From a virus (taxonomy: Duplodnaviria > Caudoviricetes), in the IMG/VR virus record IMGVR_UViG_3300027418_000009, positions 2,217-66,216 of that record: a DNA stretch of 64,000 nt; one strand, written 5' to 3'. A model generated the notes under the pieces. It searched no databases, was not told where the DNA came from, and was given only the letters and a program-made list of their open reading frames with translations. The translations under genes were made by a program, and so were the position numbers. Of the stretch, positions 38,672 through 47,279 are shown one piece after another (position 1 is the stretch's first letter; each line of letters begins with the position of its first letter).

Positions 38672-38838
38672 TATTTATACCTCTACGCTTTCGTTGTTGT
38701 TAGTTAATTGCTTTATGTCCGCAACATAGACATTATCTTTATCTATTCCATACTTTAATTGGAATTGAAAGACATCTATGGCTTCATCATAGTTTTCTGC
38801 TTGGACATCTATGTAGGTTAGAAATTCAAAAGTTTCCA

Positions 38839-39060
38839 TTATTTTGATACCACCATTCCTGTTGTGTAAAAAGTTTTTGTGTGTAACTTACCTGAAGGTT
38901 CAGATAAATTAACTACCCTGTATTCTTTAGCATCTCCATAGTCAATAAAACTATTAAAGACATTTACTGCGTCAAGGGCATTAGAATAGCGTCCAACCCA
39001 AAGTGTATTGGTGTCACTATCATTGGTGCTAGTTACTGAGTATAGGTATTCATTATTCAT
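38839..39060 (-). CDS. hypothetical protein
   Basis: SD AGGAG. Confidence 0.55.
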   Translation of the reverse strand: MNNEYLYSVTSTNDSDTNTLWVGRYSNALDAVNVFNSFIDYGDAKEYRVVNLSEPSGKLHTKTFYTTGMVVSK

Positions 39061-39213
39061 TAGTTATTCTCCTTAGTGATAAATAATTGGTGTGGATTAC
39101 AATCGCAAGACTCTGTATCAAAGTCCTCACCCTGTGCCCAAAATTGCCAACCTTGCCCATAGCATTTTTCGCAATTTTCTATTTCTGTGTATAGTGTTTT
39201 CATTACTCCCATT

Positions 39214-39417
39214 TTAATTTTCTACCTTTACTGCTACTGTACGGCATACGACTTTTCCAAAATTATTAGGGCGTACTTCCACTAGATAACTTTCGCAACC
39301 CTGATACCATACGGCTTTAGGGTGTATCTCTGCTGAGATAATTTCTCCTGTAAGGGTACGGGAGCGGTATTGTGTTCCTACAAGTAGGTGTTCTATTGTA
39401 TAGACATTTGCTGACAT
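39214..39417 (-). CDS. hypothetical protein
   Basis: Own promoter and SD GAGG. Confidence 0.55.
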   Translation of the reverse strand: MSANVYTIEHLLVGTQYRSRTLTGEIISAEIHPKAVWYQGCESYLVEVRPNNFGKVVCRTVAVKVEN

Positions 39418-39661
39418 TTGCCAACCTCTTTCTTTTTGTTGTTAATTCTATCCTACCATGAGGGTCTGACATTTCTGCTAGACACGCCCAAAGTAAATAG
39501 ACTTTCTTTTTTTACTTACTATGTAAGTCTAGCCTATTAGACATAAATTATCAACCTACTAGCCAGTAAGTCCAAATGGTGAGACGCTCAAGCCATGTGA
39601 TAAATCTCACAGCGTGGCAACACGCCCGAACGCGTCGATGAAATTTTTATCGGCAAAAAAT

Positions 39662-39690
39662 TGAGCAGTTTTAAATCTTGCTCAGGATTT
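39662..39690 (-). ncRNA. 3' pseudoknot element, copy 7
   Basis: aaatc-c-tgagca-a-gattt-aaaac-tgctca. Confidence 0.65.
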
Positions 39691-39845
39691 TTTATTTTAT
39701 TTATTAAGTCGTTCAGTTCGCAACGCAACTTGTAATCTGCGAATTTCTTTATGCTGTTCAATATTTTGTTTCCAAAATAAACACATCATAGTTACAGATC
39801 CAGCAAGCGCAATTGTAATTGCGATTAGTGTTCCAGTATCTAAAA

Positions 39846-40046
39846 TCATTTAGTCATCTCCAATTCTTTATAGCAAGCAATAGCAAATTTAGTTGAGTCA
39901 AATCTTGGGTTATCTGTTTCAAACATTAGAGAAAATTCATCTACTAAGTCAGCAAATAAAATTTCTCCTTGTTCATCAAAAACAGAAGTAGCAAAATAAT
40001 TGCTAAGAATTTCAGCAGTAGCAACATAGTCTTTACGGGTCATCAT
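39846..40046 (-). CDS. hypothetical protein
   Basis: MTRKDY...DNPRFD..KF..AC. Confidence 0.6.
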   Translation of the reverse strand: MMTRKDYVATAEILSNYFATSVFDEQGEILFADLVDEFSLMFETDNPRFDSTKFAIACYKELEMTK

Positions 40047-40255
40047 TAGTTTGCCACCTTTAGAATTGCGTATGAACCGCGCTCATTGATTTCTTTAAGT
40101 GCAGGCTCTAAGGCAGGCGCAATTAAATCTTTTAGCATACTTTCAAGTAATTGAATTCGTGTGAATTCATCAAGTGCTAAGACCTGTTGAGCGATTGGGT
40201 GAGTTTCATCAAATTCTGTTACGAATTTTAGATTGTGTTCTATTGAGATTGTCAT
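40046..40255 (-). CDS. hypothetical protein
   Basis: Coupled ORF. Confidence 0.55.
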   Translation of the reverse strand: MTISIEHNLKFVTEFDETHPIAQQVLALDEFTRIQLLESMLKDLIAPALEPALKEINERGSYAILKVAN

Positions 40256-40274
40256 TTATTTTATTTCCTATTCT

Positions 40275-40472
40275 TTAGTTTGAGTTTGAGGGGATTAGAG
40301 TGCCACGCATTGTGCCACTAATTCCAAGAGAGTCACAAGCGACTCTAACGGATACGCCAACAGGTAATTGAGTTGGGTAAGTTGAGATGAATTGAGCAAC
40401 CGCACCTTTAGAGGGTAGGCTGATTGTTTTTACAGAACCATTAAAGGTTTCTAGTTTTAGAGTGTAAGTCAT
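40275..40472 (-). CDS. hypothetical protein
   Basis: Own promoter; SD AAGGA. Confidence 0.55.
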   Translation of the reverse strand: MTYTLKLETFNGSVKTISLPSKGAVAQFISTYPTQLPVGVSVRVACDSLGISGTMRGTLIPSNSN

Positions 40473-40531
40473 TATTTGACTTCCTTTCGTTTTTAAGTGA
40501 TAAGACTATCTTACCATTAGGGGCTGACATT

Positions 40532-40599
40532 TTGGCTACTTATTTGCTAAGGCTCACTGTGATACTGGTCACATTTATTTGCTTAGGCTCATTAGCCAA
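40532..40599 (-). ncRNA. double UGAGCC..GCAAAUAA element A
   Basis: ttggcta-a-tgagcctaagcaaataa-a-tgtga(ccagta)tcaca-g-tgagccttagcaaataa-g-tagccaa. Confidence 0.55.
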
Positions 40600-41310
40600 T
40601 TTGTCCTTTATTTAATTTTTTTCTATACCTAGAAGTATAGCAGACCAAACCCCAAAAGTCAAATTTAGACACGCACAAATCGGACATTTTGACTATGATT
40701 TACATCACATTTTGCCGATGAAAAAATCGCAGTTTCTACACTGCGACCTTTCTTTTATTTATTCAACAGGTAAAATTTCAAACACATCAAAATTTTCTAA
40801 TTCGCTTTCACTAAGTTTAGTAAAAATTTTATTTAAATTAAAAACTGCTTGTAGATCTGTATCTGCTTCAGTTACAAAACTGATTAAAACATTTCTTTTC
40901 ATTTACTTTCCTTTCTTGTATAAGAAATCCCACGCCTTACGGCATAAGATGATTGACTTACAGTTATCACAACAGATAACACCATGAGGGTTTAAGTCAA
41001 GGTCATAGATGTCTATGCTAGTGCTAACCGCACCGCATACTGATTTAATTGGTACATAGGTACTCATTTATTTTCCTCTTTCATTTTTTCTTGAATTGCT
41101 TTTGATTTCATTAGGGCTTCTAAGCCTTTACCTAATGAGGCAAGGCGTTGAGCCTCTACCATTTGTTTGTATTCATCTAATTTCATTTAGAGTAACTACC
41201 TTTCTTTATTGCCTCATCTAGCATTTTTGCTAAATCAGGGTGAATTCCTAATGCTGGACTTTCCCAGTAGGTTTCTAATTCTAATTTTTCTACAAAATCT
41301 TTCATTAGTA

Positions 41311-41535
41311 TTACTCCCAACTTCTATTAGTAGCGTACACCTTGCGAGTGCTAGGTGTGTAGTTTTCTAACTCTGTTAGAGAAACTTCTAGGATAGTACC
41401 TTTAAGAGATACTAAGTCTAGGTATTCGTTAGCGTAGACTTCGCTAGGCACTACTAGAGTCGTAGTGCTAAACTCTCTTGATAGAGGATAGTTAGGGTTA
41501 GAGTTATGCTCTACCTTGTAGGTTAGTGAAAACAT
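41311..41535 (-). CDS. hypothetical protein
   Basis: Own promoter; SD AAGGA. Confidence 0.55.
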   Translation of the reverse strand: MFSLTYKVEHNSNPNYPLSREFSTTTLVVPSEVYANEYLDLVSLKGTILEVSLTELENYTPSTRKVYATNRSWE

Positions 41536-41954
41536 TTTGTTTTCCTTTCTTTAAGAGATTTACTTATTGTTCAATCTTTATACTAGTAAGTATAGCACGG
41601 GGTACTGACATTTTGACCTGTATTTCGGGCGTGTCTGAAAAGTATTTTTGTGATAAACCTCACATAAGTTATACACAGCCTGTGGATAACCTCGATGAAA
41701 TTTTTATCGGCGATTTTTATTCACTTTTTACAGATAAATAAAAACCGCTAATTAAACAGATCATAGAAAACCAAAACAATGCGTTTCCACTTTCAAAAAA
41801 AGTTTGATAAAAACTCATTTTTTATAAACCTTCTTTCCATAGTATTCATCAAATTCAGTTATAGTCATTAGACCTTTATACTCATTACAGAAACCGCAAA
41901 ATAGCGTTCCCTGAGAATAAGTGTTTTCACAAAAGCAACAAATTAGAGTACTCA

Positions 41955-42143
41955 TTATTTAGACACATACCAATCTGTCCACATAGGTAGACGCTCAGGG
42001 TCACCATCATAGTAGTAACGCTCAATGTTATTTTCACAATCTTGACAGAAAGTAAATTGCTCATCTCCAATTTCTGAGATAGCAGATTTCATTGGATTGT
42101 GCTCTACGCACTTTTTATTTTCTAGTGTTATCATTTTTGACAA
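41955..42143 (-). CDS. hypothetical protein
   Basis: C..H...CQDC. Confidence 0.5.
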   Translation of the reverse strand: MSKMITLENKKCVEHNPMKSAISEIGDEQFTFCQDCENNIERYYYDGDPERLPMWTDWYVSK

Positions 42144-42190
42144 CCTTTCTTTTTTTTATTAGTTAATTTTTATTAAGTTTTTTTATCTAA

Positions 42191-42385
42191 TTACTTAGAT
42201 GTTGGAAGTGAGTTACCACAGCGACTATGGTAGCATTTTCTACCATACTTGTCACCTTCTGGTGTACACATTTCGTGGATTGTAGCAGGTGCTAAAACAA
42301 CCTGACCACATTGGCAGGTATTCATTAAACCTGCTGGGTAATCGCTTACTGTAGCGAATCCCTGACCAAAGATACTATTTGACAT
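42191..42385 (-). CDS. hypothetical Cys-rich protein
   Basis: First gene of the leftward unit; SD AAGGA. Confidence 0.55.
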   Translation of the reverse strand: MSNSIFGQGFATVSDYPAGLMNTCQCGQVVLAPATIHEMCTPEGDKYGRKCYHSRCGNSLPTSK

Positions 42386-42536
42386 TTTATGTCCTTTCTA
42401 AGTTTGAGAACCTTTCTCAACTTTCTTTATACTGTAAGTATAGCAGGGGGGTCTGACATTTAGGGGGGTATAAAACGGACATTGTGGACATTGTGATGTA
42501 GCACACATGTGATATAGACCACATTTGCCGATGATC

Positions 42537-42640
42537 TATATAGGGGGTATATACATAGGGGGTACCTGTATGGGGGGGTACCTGTATGGGGGTACCTATA
42601 TAGGGGTACCTGTATAGGGGGTGTGTATATAGGGGGGGTA
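42537..42640 (+). repeat. G-tract tandem repeat (7 units of about 15 bp)
   Basis: G4-G7 runs at 42543, 42558, 42572, 42588, 42603, 42617, 42632 separated by TACCTGTAT-like spacers. Confidence 0.85.
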
Positions 42641-42753
42641 TTTTTTATCGGCGTTTTGTGATGGACATCACATGCGACACGCCGTGTTATAACTTGACTT
42701 TTAAGGGTAGATGTGTTATTATACTAGTATAAGAAAAATTAAATAGAGTTAAA

Positions 42754-42816
42754 AGGTCAATGAGCCTAGCAAATAAGATAACAAAAAGTTATATGAGCCT
42801 AGCAAATAAGTGACCT
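42754..42816 (+). ncRNA. double UGAGCC..GCAAAUAA element B
   Basis: aggtca-a-tgagcctagcaaataa-g-ataac(aaaaa)gttat-a-tgagcctagcaaataa-g-tgacct. Confidence 0.55.
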
Positions 42817-42917
42817 AAATCACATAGTACACGCTCCACATAGTGAGACTACTAGTGAGTATACTAGACAGTACGGGAAATGTCTGCTAGTATTACTACT
42901 ATAACAATTAAATAAAA

Positions 42918-42981
42918 AAGTTTGAGCCTTTAGGGTGAGCCTCTAGAAATAGAGCAAATAAATCTAAAGCAAATAAAACTT
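42918..42981 (+). ncRNA. nested UGAGCC..GCAAAUAA element C
   Basis: aagtt-tgagcc-tttagg-g-tgagcc-tcta(gaaa)taga-gcaaataa-a-tctaaa-gcaaataa-aactt. Confidence 0.55.
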
Positions 42982-43016
42982 AGCCCCTATTAACTAAAAA
43001 AGAAAGGTGGTCAAAA

Positions 43017-43226
43017 ATGACTACATTAAATAACTACTATAACGAAATACGCTCTGATATTGCTAAAGAGTTTGGATTAGAGGCAGCAGGTTACGCCCCT
43101 GTCCCTAAGTACGCATTGACATTACGCCAATGTCAAATACTAAACAATAAGTACCCTATGGATAAGGCTAAGTATATTGTTAAACGCTACATGTCCCTAT
43201 ATGGTAACAAAAAGGTAGGTAAGTAA
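43017..43226 (+). CDS. hypothetical protein
   Basis: SD AAGGTGG; first rightward gene. Confidence 0.55.
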   Translation: MTTLNNYYNEIRSDIAKEFGLEAAGYAPVPKYALTLRQCQILNNKYPMDKAKYIVKRYMSLYGNKKVGK

Positions 43227-43427
43227 ATGAGCCTACCCCTTATTGTCCTAGCCTTGTCAGTGCTATGCGCTATAATTGTACTAATCCCTACTATGTTAGA
43301 TAAGGATAGCGAATTCTAATGCACCTATACCTATGTTCATCATGCAACACGCTTGCTATAGTGACACAAAAAAATAAACAAATAACAATCAACCCATGTT
43401 CATGCACAACAGAAAAGAGATAAATAA

Positions 43428-43637
43428 ATGAATACAAATACATGCAAGGTAATTAACTGTGACTCAACAGAATTGGTCTATAGTGGTACAGATGCCTTTA
43501 TGCTAGGCATTAACACAGAAACCTATTGCTATAACTGTGCTAACGCATACGCACAGATAGATAGAGTTATGTCTAAGGTACGTCAAGATTACCTAGACTC
43601 ACTCACTCCAGTATCAACACTCACTACATCAGACTAG
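43428..43637 (+). CDS. hypothetical protein
   Basis: C....C / CYNC. Confidence 0.5.
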   Translation: MNTNTCKVINCDSTELVYSGTDAFMLGINTETYCYNCANAYAQIDRVMSKVRQDYLDSLTPVSTLTTSD

Positions 43638-43644
43638 GAGATAC

Positions 43645-43938
43645 ATGTTAGATTTTATTACATCACCATTTGAATGGTTTGCTAATGTAGTCCAATACTC
43701 ACTTATTTTTATGGCAATTATTATGTTAGTACTAACAATAGGCGCGGTAGTTGCAATACCTTTAGGATTAAAACTATTAGGTGTTGCATTTGCTAAAACT
43801 ATTGTAGTAGAAACTAGTAAAGTGTTAAAAGATTTAGGTATTAACAAAATAGATGCTAAGCAATCTGAGGACATCAAAACACTCAAATACCACTATGACC
43901 AAAAGGTAGTCCCTATTTTAAGTAGGGTCAAAACATAG
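43645..43938 (+). CDS. membrane protein
   Basis: SD AGGAG; long hydrophobic stretch. Confidence 0.6.
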   Translation: MLDFITSPFEWFANVVQYSLIFMAIIMLVLTIGAVVAIPLGLKLLGVAFAKTIVVETSKVLKDLGINKIDAKQSEDIKTLKYHYDQKVVPILSRVKT

Positions 43939-43991
43939 TTAGTGGGGGCGGTACCATCCAATTAAATGAGGGTGGTACCCTATGCCTCAAC

Positions 43992-44024
43992 AATTTAGCA
44001 GATCAATTTAGCAGATCAATTTAG
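43992..44024. repeat. 13-bp tandem repeat AATTTAGCAGATC x2.5
   Basis: Read directly from the sequence. Confidence 0.7.
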
Positions 44025-44264
44025 TATCTGATCCACAATTATGTGCTCACTATTATTTTGATTTGCTTTTTTTAAAATTATGTATCGTACATTTAATAAA
44101 AATATTCAGATTTACCACAAAGTGAAAATAAATAATTTTTCAGATTTTGTGCTATACTGAATCTATGAAACTATTCCAGATCCTGTCTCCAAAAAAGGGT
44201 ACATCTAAAGAAGCAATCGACATTGTTAAAGAAGAAGGCTGTGGTGGTAACTGTACCTGTAAGA

Positions 44265-44978
44265 CTAATCCTTCTCAGTCTTCTTAAAATCAGCAAAACG
44301 CTTCCTAGCAAGTTTTAACTGTATCTCCGATATGTCATTATAGACAGAGTTGCGTCCTGTGCTTTCTGCTGCAAGAACAACAGTTCCTGTTCCTCCAAAG
44401 AGTTCTGAAACAGTATCTCCTTCAAGTGTAAACATCTTAATTAAGTGTTTGGTTAATTCTAATGACATTGCATCTGAGGTATATGCCAGGGTAGCGTATA
44501 ACTCTCTCAATTGTTCATGATCATTCTTAAACTCTAAAATAGGATTAAGGTGTTTGTTAATGTACTCTTTGTCATGTCTGGGAAGTCCTTTTGATAGATG
44601 TATAACATATGCGTAAGAAGGATAGATTCCATCAGCGGTTTCCTGATCATAGTATGACCAGACCATAGTAACATTATGTTGAAGATTTGATTTTTTTGCA
44701 ACGGTAGATAGATATCTATGCATCAAGTCATAATCTGATGATGGCAGAACCATAAGAATGCTTCCATTATGCTTTAAGGCTTTGGCTGCGTTGTGCGTAA
44801 CCTTGACAAGATTTTTAATAAAGGCTTTTTTGTTTTTTACTTTATTTAGTTGTTTTTCAGGTCTAGCATATCTATTGACGTCAACTCCAAAATACGGAGG
44901 GTGCAGAATAAACAACTCAATAGACTCATCTACAACAATTTCTTCCATAGCATCGCCATTTAAATATTCATGCTTCAT
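44265..44978 (-). CDS. N4/N6 DNA methyltransferase (beta class), atypical HPPY
   Basis: HPPY in the motif IV position; ELFGGTGT SAM-binding motif. Confidence 0.7.
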   Translation of the reverse strand: MKHEYLNGDAMEEIVVDESIELFILHPPYFGVDVNRYARPEKQLNKVKNKKAFIKNLVKVTHNAAKALKHNGSILMVLPSSDYDLMHRYLSTVAKKSNLQHNVTMVWSYYDQETADGIYPSYAYVIHLSKGLPRHDKEYINKHLNPILEFKNDHEQLRELYATLAYTSDAMSLELTKHLIKMFTLEGDTVSELFGGTGTVVLAAESTGRNSVYNDISEIQLKLARKRFADFKKTEKD

Positions 44979-45008
44979 AATTTACCTTATTCTGATCGTA
45001 TATAAACA

Positions 45009-46007
45009 TTATACCTTATAGTGACCTATGATATGTTCACGCTTATCATGCAGGGTAATTCCAGATTTTTCCTGGAACTGATCATATAATTCTTTTGAGC
45101 CTATGCCATATACGCCTAAAGACATATCCCCAGTTAGAATCTTAGCAGCCCTATTATAAGAATGCCCGTTCATGTTATCCCAATCGGGGTTATCATCCCA
45201 GTGTAGCCTTCTCTTATCTGTTCTGTACTCGTCGTTATAGGCATGCCACATATAATGGAAAGATGGGTTGATCAATTTGACTCCCCTGGTATAAAACCTC
45301 AAGGCCAAGGTTGGTTCTTCGCCAATAAAGTACAGTTGATGATCATATGGAATAGCCTTTATAATTTTTGCATCGCAAAACAAGGAGTTAGCACAAAGGA
45401 AGTAGGCTTCATATCCGTACTTAGAGTACTCAACGTCATACCATATTGGCCATGGCATTGACTCTCCTTCTTTCCAGCCCATAAAACCGACTAGTGGCTT
45501 CTTTCCAAAATCATAAAAGTTTTCTTCTCCAGTTTCGTGGTTTCTTCTAAAACCTCTTGGGTGCATGGTAAAGGCTATATCAGATCCCCAATGTTTTTCA
45601 CACATAACATAATTTTCAAGAACAACCTTATCCCAGTTTGGAATAAATCTAGAATGAGAATCTATTTGTAAATAATAATCGTGTTCAATTCTTCTAGATG
45701 CAATTTCTCTTGCCCAACATGCTCCCTGGCTTTCTTGCCAAGAAATTTTTTCATATCTTAGTTGTTCTTCTGGAATAAAAGAAAGATCTGGATGTTCTTG
45801 TGGGGCAGCCTGGGAAACAATAGAAAAAAACAACCTATTTTTAAATGCAGCATTCTCATAGGCATTTCTAACTGTATTCACAAGATCTGGATCTCGATAA
45901 CTTGCAATAGAAATAAAAATTGTTTTTATGTTTTGGTTTGTATTTATCTTTGGAGCATTAACCTTACCAACTAGCGGAGGAATCGAAGGTATACGAATCA
46001 TTTCCAA
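45009..46007 (-). CDS. Gnt1-like (GT60) GlcNAc-transferase family glycosyltransferase
   Basis: IFISIASYRD, GACWAR, LQIDSHSRF, F.GEE. Confidence 0.8.
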   Translation of the reverse strand: MEMIRIPSIPPLVGKVNAPKINTNQNIKTIFISIASYRDPDLVNTVRNAYENAAFKNRLFFSIVSQAAPQEHPDLSFIPEEQLRYEKISWQESQGACWAREIASRRIEHDYYLQIDSHSRFIPNWDKVVLENYVMCEKHWGSDIAFTMHPRGFRRNHETGEENFYDFGKKPLVGFMGWKEGESMPWPIWYDVEYSKYGYEAYFLCANSLFCDAKIIKAIPYDHQLYFIGEEPTLALRFYTRGVKLINPSFHYMWHAYNDEYRTDKRRLHWDDNPDWDNMNGHSYNRAAKILTGDMSLGVYGIGSKELYDQFQEKSGITLHDKREHIIGHYKV

Positions 46008-46777
46008 TCAACCTCTTCATCATATGTAACAGAATACTCTCCCATATATACTTCAGCATAAGAAATTATATCCTTACTATATCTCATTACCGTGTTAATA
46101 CCTACCTTGTCGGACACGTACTTCTTACCGTCTAAAATCGGCTCAAAGGGCACACCAGAGAGTTCAAAGGCATTGTTTAGGGTATCTATGTACCTAGCCT
46201 TTCCAAACCTCTTAGAAACCAATGCTTGGCTTGTTTGGGTTTTTCTAAATAGATTATCTGCTTCAATAGATTCTGGAGAATTCTCAATAATGTAGTCAAT
46301 AGAAGGATGGCTCATCCGAGTAGACCATGCTCGCATATTCCTTGCATACGACTCCATGTTTCTTAGAGTCGAATCTGCATATGCCATGCGTAGATGGTCA
46401 GAGTGAGATGTAGGAACCTCTATCGCGTCGGCGATTAAAAAAGCGGTTGCGTATGGGAACTTGTTAGTGTATATCTTTTCGGCGAAGTGTACATTCGGAT
46501 TAAACGAGTTTAGTGCCATCCCGTCGACTAAAAGCCTCATATGATTTCCGATTGACACATATTCCGAACGATTCATATCGCAATCAACAAACAAACATTC
46601 TGACGGATCTATACCATCGGCGAGACATAAAATATTTTTGTCGTATGTGCCGACGACTTTAGAACCGTTATGTCGATTTAAAAACTCTGCTGAAAGAATT
46701 CCATCTGCATCTGGGGATATAATTAGATTTGTCGAATGCTGCAGGGTATTGATTATGGCTGTTTTCATTTTATTCAA
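45998..46777 (-). CDS. DHH-like phosphoesterase (divergent)
   Basis: SPDADGILSA, FVDCD, GNH, ADS. Confidence 0.5.
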   Translation of the reverse strand: MNKMKTAIINTLQHSTNLIISPDADGILSAEFLNRHNGSKVVGTYDKNILCLADGIDPSECLFVDCDMNRSEYVSIGNHMRLLVDGMALNSFNPNVHFAEKIYTNKFPYATAFLIADAIEVPTSHSDHLRMAYADSTLRNMESYARNMRAWSTRMSHPSIDYIIENSPESIEADNLFRKTQTSQALVSKRFGKARYIDTLNNAFELSGVPFEPILDGKKYVSDKVGINTVMRYSKDIISYAEVYMGEYSVTYDEEVDWK

Positions 46778-46802
46778 ATACTCCTGTTATAATAATATAG
46801 TT

Positions 46803-47069
46803 ATGACAATACAAGACTGGGCTTCCTTAATCGTAGCGATACTTACAATTGTATCATCAATCGCCTTTTCTATCAAGTGGCTAGTCAAACATTATCTCAG
46901 CGAACTTAAGCCTAATTCTGGATCGAGTCTCAAAGATCAGGTTTCAAGATTAGAAAGTGCTTTAGACGATCAGAGAATTGACTCTATAAAATCTAGAGAT
47001 CGACAAGAAAAGAAACTTGATGAAATGTATCAAATTCTAATTAAGCATATTGCTGATAATAGTAAATAA
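46803..47069 (+). CDS. single-TM coiled-coil protein
   Basis: MTIQDW, TM helix, PNSGSSLKDQV; TGTTATAAT upstream. Confidence 0.65.
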   Translation: MTIQDWASLIVAILTIVSSIAFSIKWLVKHYLSELKPNSGSSLKDQVSRLESALDDQRIDSIKSRDRQEKKLDEMYQILIKHIADNSK

Positions 47070-47279
47070 CCTAATTTGCCTATTTGCTATATATAGTATA
47101 TAAGATATATAAATATAAACCTTTAAAGATAGTTCTTTTTTCTTATATATTTTAAGTATACACTATCCCAGTTTTGACTAAGTATTACAAAGAAGACAAA
47201 ACGGACATTAACCATTATAACAATCTGATAACTTTTAATCTTAGTGTCCAGATTGTACTGATATGATATAATTTAAGTT

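Noticed and set aside
22049-39690. Pseudoknot copies as pistol or hammerhead ribozymes, or preQ1 riboswitches
   Set aside because: No CUGAUGA/GAAA core, no pistol P2/P3 arms, no preQ1 loop consensus, and they sit at 3' ends
47070-47260. AT-rich tract as the replication origin
   Set aside because: No DnaA boxes or iterons seen; 28.0-29.3 kb is the better candidate, though this one is not excluded
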